Source of the DNA: Leucoraja erinacea | Taxonomy: Eukaryota | NCBI RefSeq assembly: GCF_028641065.1 | Contig: NC_073402.1 | Coordinates: 20,956,001 to 21,020,000 of the forward strand | Length of the DNA: 64,000 nt | Direction: 5' to 3' | Part shown: positions 48,251 through 60,148 of the stretch, in pieces | How the letters are laid out: every line of letters begins with the position of its first letter | How positions within the stretch are numbered: the stretch's first letter is position 1 | Translations under genes and position numbers: made by a program | The notes under the pieces: model-generated | Databases searched by the model: none | Told to the model about the DNA's origin: nothing | Seen by the model: the letters and a program-made list of their open reading frames with translations, nothing else

Positions 48251-48897
48251 AGTTCTGTGCGGGTTATTTGATGGTATCTGGAATGGGAATTAAATTGAGT
48301 AGTGGAAACAGCCTAATACAATTTAGAGACAATGAAGATCACATTGTTTAGCCCTCTGGCTATCTTGAATTCTGCCTCTTGCTCTGGTTGCCAAGCTATA
48401 AGGGAAATTTTCAGTGACTAAGATGTGCAGGGAAGAGACTGACTTCCTATGGCAAGGATCTGAGTCACGAAGGAAGAATAGAGCTCTGCAACCATGAAAG
48501 AATCTGAGAATTAATATGGATTTGGCTAAAATGATAGAGTAATAAAAAATAAAATGGAAAAGATGAGTTCAGAACTGATAACTCAAGAAAGTTTTCTTGT
48601 ATTGTGGATCGGACTTCCTGAGGTGTGGGAATTATTTAAGAAACAATTGGCGTGTCACGGTATCAAGATCTTTCGGCACTGAAAATCAATGACCCTCCCC
48701 ATCTCTAGAACTCTAGAAAAGGGATAGAAATTAATTGAAGATTTGAAATTTATCACAGCTAATGAATTAGTTATTTTTGAAATGAAAAAGAGCCTTAAGC
48801 TATTATGACTCGTCTTTACAAAGCATTTAAAGCTAATGAGGTGGTTTTGAAGAGTTACCAGCTGTGTAGTGGTGCAGCTGGTCGAGCCCAGGTCCTA

Positions 48898-48898
<1 letters not shown>

Positions 48899-48934
<36 letters not shown>
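48899..48934. repeat. (TCTG)n microsatellite inside a SINE
   Basis: Directly visible. Confidence 0.9.
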
Positions 48935-48936
<2 letters not shown>

Positions 48937-49118
48937 TGCCTGCTTCCTGCTTCCCATGGGTTTCCTCAGGGTGCTCCAGTTCCCCCCCCACTGCCCAAAG
49001 ACATGTGAGTTTATAGGTTAATTGCTTCAGCAGGTGAAGCATCATCTTCATTTTGAACAAGGGTCCTCGCCCGAAATGTTAGGATAGACACAAAGTGCTG
49101 TAGTAACTCATTGGGTCA

Positions 49119-50885
49119 GAAACATAGAAACATAGAAAAATAGGTGCACGAGTAGGCCATTCGGCCCTTCGAGCCAGCACCACCATTCAATATGATCATG
49201 GCTGATCACCTAAAATCGTTCCTGTTTTTTCCCCCCCATATCCCTTAATTCCTTCAGCACTAAGAGCTAAATCTAAATCACTCTCGAAAACATCCAGTAA
49301 ATTGGTCTCCACTGCCTTCTGGGGCAGATAATTCCACAGATTCACAATTCTCTGGGTGAAGAGGTTTTTCCTCATCTCAGTCTTAAATGGCCTACCCCTT
49401 ATTCTTAAACTCTGACCCCAGGTTCTGAACTCCCCAATATCGGGAAAAGTTTTCCTGCATCGAGGCTGTCCAATCCTTTAAGAATTGTATATGTTCCTGG
49501 AAGATCCCTTCTCAACCATCTAAATTCCAGTGAATACAAGCCCATACGACCTATTCTTTCATCATATGCCAGTCCTGCCATCCTGGGAATTAAACTGGTG
49601 AACCTGTGCTGCACTCCCTCAATAGCAATAATGTCCTTCCTCAAATTAGGAGACCAAAATTGCATACAATGCTCCAGGTGCAGTCTCACCAGGGCCCTGT
49701 ACAACTGTAGTAGGACATCCTTGCTTCTAAACTCAAATCCTCTCGCAATGAAGGCCAACATGCCATTAGCTTTCTTCACTGCCTGCTGTACCTGCATGCT
49801 TACTTTCAGTGACTGATGAACAAGGACACCCAGGTCTCGTTGCACCTCCCCTTTTCCTAATCTGACACCATTCAGATAATAATCTGCCTTCCTGTTCTTG
49901 CCTCCAAAGTGGGTAACCTCACATTTATCCACATTATACTGCATCTGCACACTCACCCAACCTATCCAAGTCACCCTGCAACCTCATAGCATCCTCATTG
50001 CAGCTCACACTGACACCCAGCTTTGCGTCATCCGCAAACTTGGAGATGTCACATTTAATTGCCTGGTCTAAATCGTTAATATATATTGTAAATAACTGGG
50101 GTCCCAGCACTGAGCCTTGCGGCACCCCACTAGTCACTGTCTGCCATTCTGAAAAGGATCAGTTAATCCTACTCTTTGCTTCCTGTCTGCCAACCAATTC
50201 TCTATCCATGTCAATACCCTACCCCAAATACCATCTGCTGTAATTTTGCACACTAATCTCTTGCGTGGGACCTTGTCAAAGGCTTTCTGAAAGTCCAGAT
50301 ATACCACATCCACTGGCTCTCCCTTATCCATTCCACTTGTACATCCTCAAAAAATTCCAGAAAATTAGTCAAGCATGATTTCCCCTTCATAAATCCATGC
50401 TGAATTTGACCGATCCTGTCACTGCTTTCCAAATGAGCTGCTATAACATCTTTAACAATCTACTTGAGCATCTTCCCCACTACCGATGTAATGCTAACTG
50501 GTCTATAATTCCCCATTTCTCTCTCCCTCCTTTCTTTAAAAAAGTGGGGTTACATTGGCTATCCTCCAGTCTTGGAAAATGATCACCAATGCATCCACGA
50601 TTTCTAGGGCCATCTCCTTGAGTACTCTGGGATACAGGCCTTCATTCTCTGGGAATTTATCTGCCTTCAGTCCCAACAGTTTACCTTCCACCATTTACTG
50701 ACTAATGTGGATTCCCTTCAATTCCTCCCTCCTACTAGATCCTCAGTCCCCTAGTATTTGTGGGAGATTGTTTGTGTCTTCCTTAGTGAAGACAGAACCT
50801 AAGTACTCGTTTAACTGTTCTGTCATTTTCTTTGTTTCCTATTATATATTCACCTGTCTCTGATTGTAAGGGACCCACATTTGTC
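49119..50885 (-). mobile_element. Longest CR1 LINE copy (RT region, frameshifted), nested in a Penelope-derived element
   Basis: [49 protein letters not shown] motifs. Host halves at 49084-49118 and 50886-50947. Confidence 0.93.
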
Positions 50886-51249
50886 TGACAGCATCTCTGG
50901 GGCACAGAAAGGATGTGTGACGTTTCGGGTCAGGACCCTTCTTCTGAAAGTACAGAGTTGGTCCATTGCGTTATGCTGGAGCGATTAGAGGTCAGGGTCA
51001 GCAAAGAAGTGCTTGCGATTCGTAGTTTGAGTTAATTGCTGAAGCTTTTATTTGAATATGCAGAATATGTTGTATATTCAAAATGGGGACATTTTGTTGT
51101 ATTTTATAGTATATTTATAATCTCAGGTCATTTTTTGTAATACCTCGTGTTACATTATTTGTTTTGCGAATTGCATTATTGCATTTGTAACATCTGCTCA
51201 GTTTTAATACACATTTAAGAGAGTTATGGTTGTGCTGCCTTGCGCTCCT

Positions 51250-51516
51250 TGCCACCAAATAATCTGCGAGAGTCGCTGTCTCAAAAAGGCAGCCACTATC
51301 ATCAGAGGCACACACCACGCTGGCCACACCCTCCTGCCATCGGGAAGAAGGTAAACTCTGTCACATCCGGCTCAGAAGGCCTGAAAACTGTGACATTCGT
51401 GTTCAGGAGTAGCTTCTTCCCAACAGTTATCAGAGTATTAAACACTGCAACCTACAAATAGGCTCTAAACTGTGTAGACTTTGGGACGTTGCTTTTATCT
51501 TTGCACTATTATTGTT

Positions 51517-51520
<4 letters not shown>
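51250..51520 (+). mobile_element. Rex1/Babar-type LINE 3' fragment (decayed)
   Basis: gagtcgctgtctcaaaaaggcagccactatcatc...ctgccatcgggaagaagg...agcttcttcccaacagttatcag. Confidence 0.7.
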
Positions 51521-51555
<35 letters not shown>

Positions 51556-51571
51556 ATATGTATGTGTGTAT

Positions 51572-52000
51572 ACCGAAGATAGACACAAAGTGCTGGAGTA
51601 ACTCAGCAGGTCAAGCAGCATCTCTGGAGACAGAGAAAAGGTGATGTTCTTGGTTGGAACCTGAAGAGTTCCAATGCGAAACGGCACCTTTTTCTCCAGA
51701 GATGCTGCCTAACTTGCTCAGTTACTCCGGCACTTTGTGTCTATCTTCGGTATAAACCAGCATCTGCAGTTCCTTTTATATATGTGTGTGTGTGTGTCCA
51801 TGTATGTATATGTATAAGAAGGAACTGCAGATGCTGGAAAAATCGAAGGTAGACCAAAATGCTGGAGAAATTCAGCGAGTGAGGCAACATCTATGGAGCG
51901 AAGGAATAGGTGACTTTTCAGGTCCAGACTTCACCAGTCTGAAGAAGGGTCTGGACCCGAAACGTCACCTATTGCTTTGCTCCATAGATGCTGCCTCACC
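51572..52000. mobile_element. Two adjacent fold-back Penelope-derived elements embedded in TG/TA microsatellite
   Basis: Inverted arms 51572-51780 and 51816-52000, with core ctgaagaagggtctggacccgaaacgtcacc. Confidence 0.75.
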
Positions 52001-52461
52001 TTATGTGTATATGTATGTATGTGTGTACATATATTCACAAAACGTTATTGTAGTACTGTTTGCACTCGCTTTGATTTGCTTTACTGAGAATACTTCTGGC
52101 CTGCCACATGCACTTTGTATTTGCCTCCATTCATTACATTCAAATAAATCATAAAATGACTGACCCATCATTCATTGAATAGTGGAACTCCCTTCCTCTA
52201 TAGATGGACTAGTTCAGTTTAATTTGACCCTGGGGCATCCAGACATTATAAACCTTGCGTGGCTTTAATTAAATGTCAAGTTCGATTTCACCTTACAATG
52301 ATCTTTGTTGAAATGTGTGTCAAATTTATACTAGAATATACATTAATAGTATTTTACTGATTTCATCTTTGAAAGATCTTTTGAGATTTGCTTGTCACTA
52401 CAAAGATTGTCGATGGTTAATTGTATCACATTGACAGTGTGGCCATTCCTTCAGTGGTAGT

Positions 52462-52700
52462 AGAGATACAGCACGGAAATAGGCCCTTCAACCCATTAGG
52501 TCTGCACCAATCAGTGATCCCCGCACGTTAATACTATCCTACGCACACTGGGGACAATTTTACATTTATACCAAGACAATTAACCTACAAACCTGTACGT
52601 TATTGAAGTGCGGGAGGAAACCGAAGATCTCGGAGAAAACTCATGTGGTCCAGGGGGATCGTACAAACTCCCTACAGGCAGCACCCATAGCCGGGCTCCA
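52462..52700 (-). mobile_element. HE1/V-SINE-like SINE (partial)
   Basis: agagatacagcacggaaataggccc tail and V-domain. Confidence 0.78.
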
Positions 52701-53601
52701 CCCGGATCGCAGTGAATGTCTCAGAATGCAAATGATACTTAATAAGTTGAAGCCTTATAGTCATACAGCATGGAAACACGTTTTTTGAACCTTGACAGAA
52801 GGTTTTGCCCCAGGAAAGACACAAAACGTTAGAGTACCTCCAGCATTTTGTGTCTTTTCTTGGTAAACCAGTATCTGCAGTTCCTTGTTTCTACATCTAC
52901 ATCTAGGCTTTGCCCCAGCTTTGCCTTCTCTCTAAACTTAGCAGGGGTGTACTGGGAGTAAAGCACCTGCATTATCCCACCAAGGGGACCCCAGAGACCA
53001 TCCATAGATCAGCCTTTCACACCCAGACAAGGTGAGCATTTAGGTGAGCTGAGACCACCAGTGACTCCTATGGTATCTGTATTTTGGACAACTCAGCTGT
53101 GCCTCATATAATAGAACAGTTGCAATGTAGAAGGGTATGTCAGCCTATTTCTTTTCTCCAGAGATGCTGTCTGAGCCGCTGAGTTACTCCAACCTTTTGT
53201 GTCTATCTTCAGTTACAATGTAGTAGCCCATTGTGTGTATACCAGACATAAGCCTCAATGGTGAATGGTCCAACTTCCAACTAAGCCAAGTTTGTCAAAT
53301 TCATGCAGCGAGTTCAACATTGCAAGTGTCTCTGATCTTAATTACTTACTATTAACACCTTGCATCCCTCTGACAAAGTCTCATAGAAACATAGAAAATA
53401 GGTGCAGGTGTAGGCCATTCGGCCCTTCGAGCCTGCACCGCCATTCAATATGATCATGGCATTTCTCCTCATTGTCAACCTCTCTTTAATCATCTTCCCT
53501 TCATGAATCCTACTTTGAGTACACTATTCTCACCTAATGTAATCAATGTTTTTTTATAACTTGAGTTTGAATTCTGTTTGACAGAACTTGTAAAGAAGTA
53601 A

Positions 53602-54418
53602 AGGACCTGTCCCACTTGGGTGACATTTTTGGTGACAGACTGGAAAGAGGTTGTCGCGGGCGGCATGGTCGGGGCGTGATGTGGCGTCAGTGACCCTGGG
53701 TGGCGCACATTGCCTCCCTGCCGCCCCTGGATTTTGGAATGTTCAAAATCTCTAGGCAAAATCTGGGTGTCTTATGTTGTGCGCCCTGCCACACGCTGAC
53801 ATACGCTATCCTGCAGGTGACGCCCGGAGACGTGGGTATATAAAAACGTCTACTTTCAAAACTTTTTTAGACTCAAGAAAACCATTTGGCTGAAGATAGC
53901 CAGGGGCAAAGTGCCCATAAAGAATGAAAAGTACAAAAGTACATAAATGTACAAAGTACTTTATTAAGAACATCTAAAATGATGTTCTTTCCAGTGTGGG
54001 GAAAAATAAAGACATTTTTGTCTTGTTGAAGTTCATTGGAGTTAATGTAAATTGTAAAGTTATTGTCAAATCAGGCTTGCTGTTGAATAAAATCTTTGCT
54101 TAAGTATCATGTTCTTTGAAATATGCCGTTAAATATATACAGTTACTTTTGTTGAAGTTAAACCTTTCTTGTTAAACGAATTGTTGTTTTTCAATATGAT
54201 GTTATTTTGAAGCTGACGTTAAATAAACAATTTATTTCTTAAAAAGTTATTAAAAAGTTATTGGTCCTTACATTTATTGTAGATACGTTCATTTCGTACG
54301 TGGAGTGTCGTAGCTTGACGTAGATTGTCGTACAAGTTGACGGCTTTTAGTGCGACTATGGGCGTGAGTCACTGACTCTCGCAGTTGCCAAAAAATATCA
54401 CTAAGTGGGACAGGCCCT
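53602..54418. mobile_element. Harbinger-type non-autonomous element, TAA TSD
   Basis: AGGACCTGTCCCACTTGGGTGACATTTTTGG ... CCAAAAAATATCACTAAGTGGGACAGGCCCT. TAA at 53599-53601 and 54419-54421. CpG-rich ends, AT-rich interior. Confidence 0.85.
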
Positions 54419-54548
54419 TAACTTGGATCATTTAACTCTGGTTAAACATGCTATATAAATGTTAGTTGCTGCAAACATACTATCTGTTCTGTTAAAAGCA
54501 AAATGATAATTTTATCAATGAAGTGTGTATATATATATATTGTTTTAG

Positions 54549-55603
54549 GGGGACAAAACAAATCCACTATGAAAGAAATAATGGATGGAGCTCAAGATGG
54601 TATAATTTGCAATCTAGAATTGAAGATTGACGATAGTGACAATGCATCCACTGGTTCTGCTGCAGCAAAAGAATTGCGCCCTTCTCAATGCAAGAGAGGA
54701 ATTTCATCCAATCCTCACGTACGCACTGCATTCAAGCGGCCAAGAGTCGTTGAAGAAATGCATTCGTTGCCGTGCGTTAAGAAACCTCATACTAACAGCG
54801 TGGAATCTCTGACAGGGCGGCTATGTTCCTTTCAGTCCCATAACTGGAAAGGAGATCCTGGTGCCACGGTGCCTGCAGACAAGGGACAGGGCGCTTCGTC
54901 TCGTGCGTTAGATGAGAGCGAAGACCTCGATGATTCCTTGCTGGAGCTGGAGGAAAAGGACCTCGATGAAGATGATCTACTTAACCTTACATCTGAGGAA
55001 ATCGATAAGATTCTCCAGGAATCAGATGATGACGCTGATGATAATACTGATTCACTCAGATTTGTCGATGCCCTTAATGAGCATCAATGTCGGGATAACA
55101 GTCGGCCCTCTGCGTCTCTCCCAAATACACCACAGTTGCCCAAAAGCTGCCTTGTTCGTGATGAATTGGAAACGACTTGTTCAGGTAATGTCTCGTTGAC
55201 AGATTTTACTGTGTTGAAGTTGACCAAAGAGGTTAATCAAAGTCTCAAAGTTACGGAACAGCGTAATCACAATTGTCCTCGTGAAAATACTGAATTAGAG
55301 ATATCAAAACAGCCTTATTATCTCTCGGCTAACAAGGTAGCTGAGATAAACCCGAAGCAAAATGGTGCAGATGCAGAAACTGAGAGGGAAAACCATGAAG
55401 CCAGCAGCAGTGAAGAAGAACCTGACGCTCAGGAGAAGATGCTTAGAACAGCCTCGACAAGCCCTTCACCAAATGTGCTCAACGGCGACAATATGTTAAC
55501 GTTGAGTGAGCAAAATATTCCTGAAGAACAGGCTGATGATGGAAGGGTAAAAGAACCCCCCAGCATTCCTGGATCGAGTAATGAAGTAGTTCCTGACCTG
55601 AAG
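54549..55603 (+). CDS. S100PBP: S100P-binding protein-like, large acidic coding exon (candidate ATG at 54569)
   Basis: Only long non-TE ORF in the window (371 aa). ttttag acceptor at 54547-54548, AAG|gtaaac donor. ATG in ccactATGa context. Motif EDLDDSLLELEE...LTSEEIDKILQE resembles the S100PBP DDSLLELS region. Confidence 0.8.
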
Positions 55604-56459
55604 GTAAACGGGCTATAAATGATTTTTATGTGTCCATTACATAAGAGGGTTCTATTAGTTACCTAGTGAGTTTGTCTCACACAGCTAGAGTAAATTAAAT
55701 AATATGTGGAAGTCTTCATTGTAGAATTTTATCATAATCGTCACTGAATTTAGTACACAGAGAGAGAGATACACTGGTTTACGTGACATTTTCCGTAAAC
55801 AGATTTGTCCACTTCACTTGGGTCAATGTAAATGATCCCAAGGTCCTGTTTTGAAGAAATGCAAGAGTGTTAACGGCAGGCAATATTAACCCTGAATATC
55901 ACTCGAACAGGAAAGTATAAAGAAGAATGCTATAAATTAATCTAAATGATAGTTGGAAAGTAAATTCAAAGATTAGAAAACACAAACATTTAGAAAATTG
56001 CACAGCCCACATTGTGCTGCAGAATCACTAATCACATCAGCTATGGGTCTAATCTGATATGGGATTCACGTCTCCATTGAGTTTACTTTCACTTATTTAA
56101 TTGTACTGCTAATAAATGTTTTTGCTTTGTGTTTAAAAATGATGGAAAATCAGTTTTGAAAATCTTGAAAAATAATCTTGAAAAAAAAATCTTTAAAAAT
56201 AAGTTTTTCTTAGCTACTTAATTTAAATTGTTTTTTAAGTTTCTCTAAAATGTTAATGGCAATCAAAAGATCATCTTTTTAAGATCATCTCTGTCTTGTA
56301 CAACACGTATGAAGGGGACAGGCAGCTTACAAGCTGTTTGAGGACTGGATCTCATCTGTTACTTCATCAATGGGTCTGACAGGTGCAGCACAAACCAGCG
56401 AAGTTGCCAATTCCTTGTTGCCCTTGAGAAGGTGATGCTGAACCAACATCTTGACCTAG

Positions 56460-56760
56460 GGGCAGCACGGTGGTGCAGTTACAGCACCAGAGAGCCAGGT
56501 TCGATCCCGACTACGGGCGCTGTCTGTATGGAGTTTGTATGTTCTCCTCGTGACCGGAATGGGTTTTCTCTGGGATCTCCTGTTTCCTCCCACACACCAA
56601 AGACATACAGGTTTGTAGGTTAATTGGCTTGGTTTAATTGTAAATTGTCCCTAGTGTGTGTAGAATAGTGCAAGTGTGCGGGGATCGCCAGTTGGTGTGG
56701 ACTCGGTGGGCAGAAAGACCTGTTTCTGCGGTGTATCTCTAAAGTAAATGAAACTAAACA
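56460..56760 (+). mobile_element. HE1/V-SINE-like SINE
   Basis: ggcagcacggtggtgcag, B box ggttcgatcc, V-domain and tail. Confidence 0.85.
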
Positions 56761-57251
56761 GGAGAGGAAGGGAGTTCCACTATTCAAACCCAGCAGGGAT
56801 GAAAGACCAACAATATATTTCCATAGACCAGCAATATATTTCCAAACTAAAAGATTAGAAATTGCAAAAGATTAGAAGATTGCAAGCATAACTTGTCGGG
56901 GAACCTGCAGATGGTGCACTATCTTTATCTTACTATCTTTATTGTCTTGGTGGTGGAGATTGTGGATGTGAGAGGCTGCAGGAAGTAACTTGGGCAAGTA
57001 ACTGCAGTGCACCTTGTAGATGGTCTACACTGCAGCCACTGCATACTGGTAGTGCAAGGAATGAATATTCTGTGTATTTTTTTTACGGTGTAAATTAAAT
57101 GAGTTGCCTTGTGTTGGATGGTCATGTACTTGTCATGGTCATGAGATGTAGCATGAAAACAGGTCCTTCAGCTCACTTAATCCACAGGATCATACATGGT
57201 ATCGAACTTCAGGAGTGTCATCAAAGCAAGGGGAATCCATCACTATCTTGA

Positions 57252-57746
57252 CATAGAAACATAGAAACATAGAAATTAGGTGCAGGAGTAGGCCATTCAG
57301 CCCTTCGAGCCTGCACCGCCATTCAATATGATCATGGCTGATCATCCAACTCAGTATCCCGTACCTGCCTTCTCTCCATACCCTCTGATCCCCTTAGACA
57401 CAAGGGCCACATCTAACTCCCTCTTAAATATAGCCAATGAACTGGCCTCGACTACCCTCTGCGGCAGAGAGTTCCAGAGACTCACCACTCTCTGTGTGAA
57501 AAAAGTTCTTCTCATCTCGGTTTTAAAGGATTTCCCCCTTATCCTTAAGCTGTGACCCCTTGTCCTAGACTTCCCCAACTTCGGGAGCAATCTTCCCGCA
57601 TCTAGCCTGTCCAACCCCTTAAGAATTTTGTAAGTTTCTATAAGGTCCCCTCTCAATCTCCTAAATTCTAGAGAGTATAAACCAAGTCTATCCAGTCTTT
57701 CTTCATAAGACAGTCCTGACATCCCAGGAATCAGTCTGGTGAACCT
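57252..57746 (-). mobile_element. CR1 LINE 3' fragment (young)
   Basis: Open frame MSGLSYEERLDRLGLYSLEFRRLRGDL...; (CATAGAAA)n on the plus strand. Confidence 0.92.
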
Positions 57747-58016
57747 TGTAGATGCACATGCCTTGTAGATGTTGAAAAATGCCTTGTGATTTCAGGCATT
57801 GAGTGAATAGCACTGACAATTGCACGGCACAGGCAAGGTGGGCAGAAAGGCCTATTTCCATGCTGTATCTCTGGAGTTAAGTCTAAAGTATTTATCTTCC
57901 CCAGTTTCCACTGTTCTTGGAGATGGGTGGAATTTGGTGAGTGTTGTGTTGCAGTTTGTGCATTATGTTTTTATTATTATTATTATTATGCAAAATTCCC
58001 TGTTGTTTTATGCCAG

Positions 58017-58129
58017 GCTGCCAGTCGGCATAAGCAGAGTATTGCAGAGTCTCCAAAGGGGAAGGCATCACGGAAATGTACGACAGCTAAATCACCCAGA
58101 GCACGTCCAGAAACAAGACAGAAAACAAG
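58017..58129 (+). CDS. S100PBP: S100PBP-like coding exon (basic, low complexity)
   Basis: tgccag acceptor, AAG|gtaaac donor. 113 bp, phase 0 to 2, AASRHKQSIAESPKGKASRKCTTAKSPRARPETRQKT(R). Joins the two flanking exons in frame. Confidence 0.75.
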
Positions 58130-58649
58130 GTAAACAGTCACACACGATGGATTCTCTGAATGCAGGAAAAGTTGTTATTATATTTATCGTGGACCGCATT
58201 CATCCCGTAAACCACAGATTGTTCACTTCACATCAGCAAAGGGTGGTAGTGGAAGAGTGGTTTTCTAACTGGAAGACTATGACCAATGGTATGAATTAAT
58301 TAATTAATACTTTATTGACAATTGTGGCAATTTTCTGCTTGCGTACCCAAGGTATGCAAATAGTCGCCACATAAGGGCACTGAAAAAGTGACAAAGTTTA
58401 CACCGTATCCATGGCAGGTTCTTCCCCCTCCCATACCGCAGTCCCCCCCACACGCTGGGTCCTCCTTTGTCCCTTCCATCAGCAGTGGCGCCTTCACTCC
58501 ACGTGGGCAGAGCCCATTTTACAAGAAACCAGAAACATGTATTGTTTTAGAGTTTATTCCCAGACAATAAACTTTTCCATACTGTATTACTTTGATACCT
58601 TTTTGCTGTTTCCCACGTATTTACGCGCGTTTAGTTTATTATCTGTCTT

Positions 58650-59340
58650 AGATAACACTGCCCAGTCCATCATCGGCTCTGACCTCCCTACCATCGAGGG
58701 GATCTATCGCAGTCGCTGCCTCAAAAAGGCTGGCAGCATCATCAAGGACCCACACCATCCTGGCCACATACTCATCTCCCCACTACCTTCAGGTAGAAGG
58801 TACAGGAGCCTGAAGACTGCAACGTCCAGGTTCAGAAATAGCTACTTCCCCATAGCCATCAGGCTATTAAACTCAACTCAAACAAATCTCTGAACACTAA
58901 AAAAAAAAAATGAAATGATTCAATTTATTGTCATTGTCAGTGTACAGTACAGAGACAACGAAATGCATTTTTAGCATCTCCCTTGAAAGGGAGACACAGG
59001 GCGTCGCGGTGTGCCCGCGCCTGCCGCCGTACATTCCATTACAGGCAAAGGTGGGTGAAGTGTCTTGCCCAAGGACACAACGACAGTATGCACTCCAAGC
59101 GGGATTTGAACCGGCTACCTTCCGGTCACCAGCCGAACTCTTAGCCCATTGTGCTATCTGTCGCCCTAATAGACCATTATCTGTTTATTTGCACTTTTTC
59201 TGCTTATTTATTGATGTGTTTATTGATATTCCGTTGTGCTGATGCAAAGCAAGAAATTCATTGTCCTATTTGGGATATATGACAATAAACTCTCTTGACT
59301 TGACTTGACTTGACTTGACTTGACTTGACTTGACTTGACT
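58650..59340 (+). mobile_element. Rex1/Babar-type LINE 3' end with (TTGAC)n tail, interrupted by a CORE-type SINE
   Basis: TAQSIIGSDLPTIEGIYRSRCLKKAGSIIKDPHHPGH...; tail gacaataaactctc(TTGAC)n at 59281-59340. Confidence 0.88.
58899..59166 (-). mobile_element. tRNA-derived CORE-type SINE
   Basis: Minus strand: A box TAGCACAATGG, B box GGTTCAAATCC, CORE-like GTGTCCTTGGGCAAGACACTTCACCC, Rex1-like TGACAATGACAATAAA end. Confidence 0.75.
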
Positions 59341-59624
59341 AGATGATTACTTCCAATATTCCTTGCAGCCACTAGATGGAAGCATTGCATTGTTCATAGT
59401 CCGGAGAATTTATTGAGCCTCTGTCGGGGCAGATATATTGGCAGTAAGTTGCTCAGTTTCTTTTGCATTCCTCACACGCACATTGTCTAGGCTATTGGTT
59501 TGGAATGTTTCCAGTCTAGATTGCCATGTTTCCGCAGGAAAAAAAAGCTCAACTTAATTGAAAGGGAGAAAACAAACAAGTCTTTTGACCAGAATTATTA
59601 ACCGGTTTTATATTTTCTTTTCAG

Positions 59625-59719
59625 ATTGAATGCAATATTTGATGAGAAGATAGAAAGGCAGAAACATACATATTTTAAGGATGTTTCAAACCACTTGAAC
59701 GAAAAATATAAGAATCCAG
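59625..59719 (+). CDS. S100PBP: S100PBP-like coding exon, start of conserved C-terminal domain
   Basis: ttcttttcag acceptor, CAG|gtaacc donor. (R)LNAIFDEKIERQKHTYFKDVSNHLNEKYKNP resembles S100PBP LEQQKQLYLRSVIAHIEDP. The following WQHPSDLT-type exon is not seen and presumably lies beyond 64000. Confidence 0.78.
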
Positions 59720-60148
59720 GTAACCTGTAGTGTGTGGAATAACAACAATTTGTTGGAAAAGTTTGAAATAAAGTCTGTGAATTCCTGAAATCTGTTGTAA
59801 TTTTGAATTGTCTTCTAAACAACTAACGACGCACTAATGCAGGAACGGGAGATAAGAGTATGATCTATGTATCTAACGTGGAAATCTTCCATACGTAAAA
59901 TGATTTGTAATTGTTGGAGGCAAGTTTCATTCTTACAGGTAGCAAAATCAAGATGGAAAAAAAAGCAAAATCACATTCTTTGCAAATTGAACTGCACAGA
60001 ATCTAAAGAGGAAATACATTTGCTTCAATATTTTCCTGATCTTAATGCTTCATCTCCAAGCCCTTTTGGGTCATCAAAGTCCATTCATTAAAATGTAACT
60101 TTCGATGCAAACAATAAGGAGAAGAATTAGTACGTGTGTTGTTTACTC

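Noticed and set aside
54503-54548. ORF start at ATG 54503
   Set aside because: This stretch is an AT-rich intron end with a TA repeat and a good acceptor at 54548. ATG 54569 or an upstream exon is more plausible.
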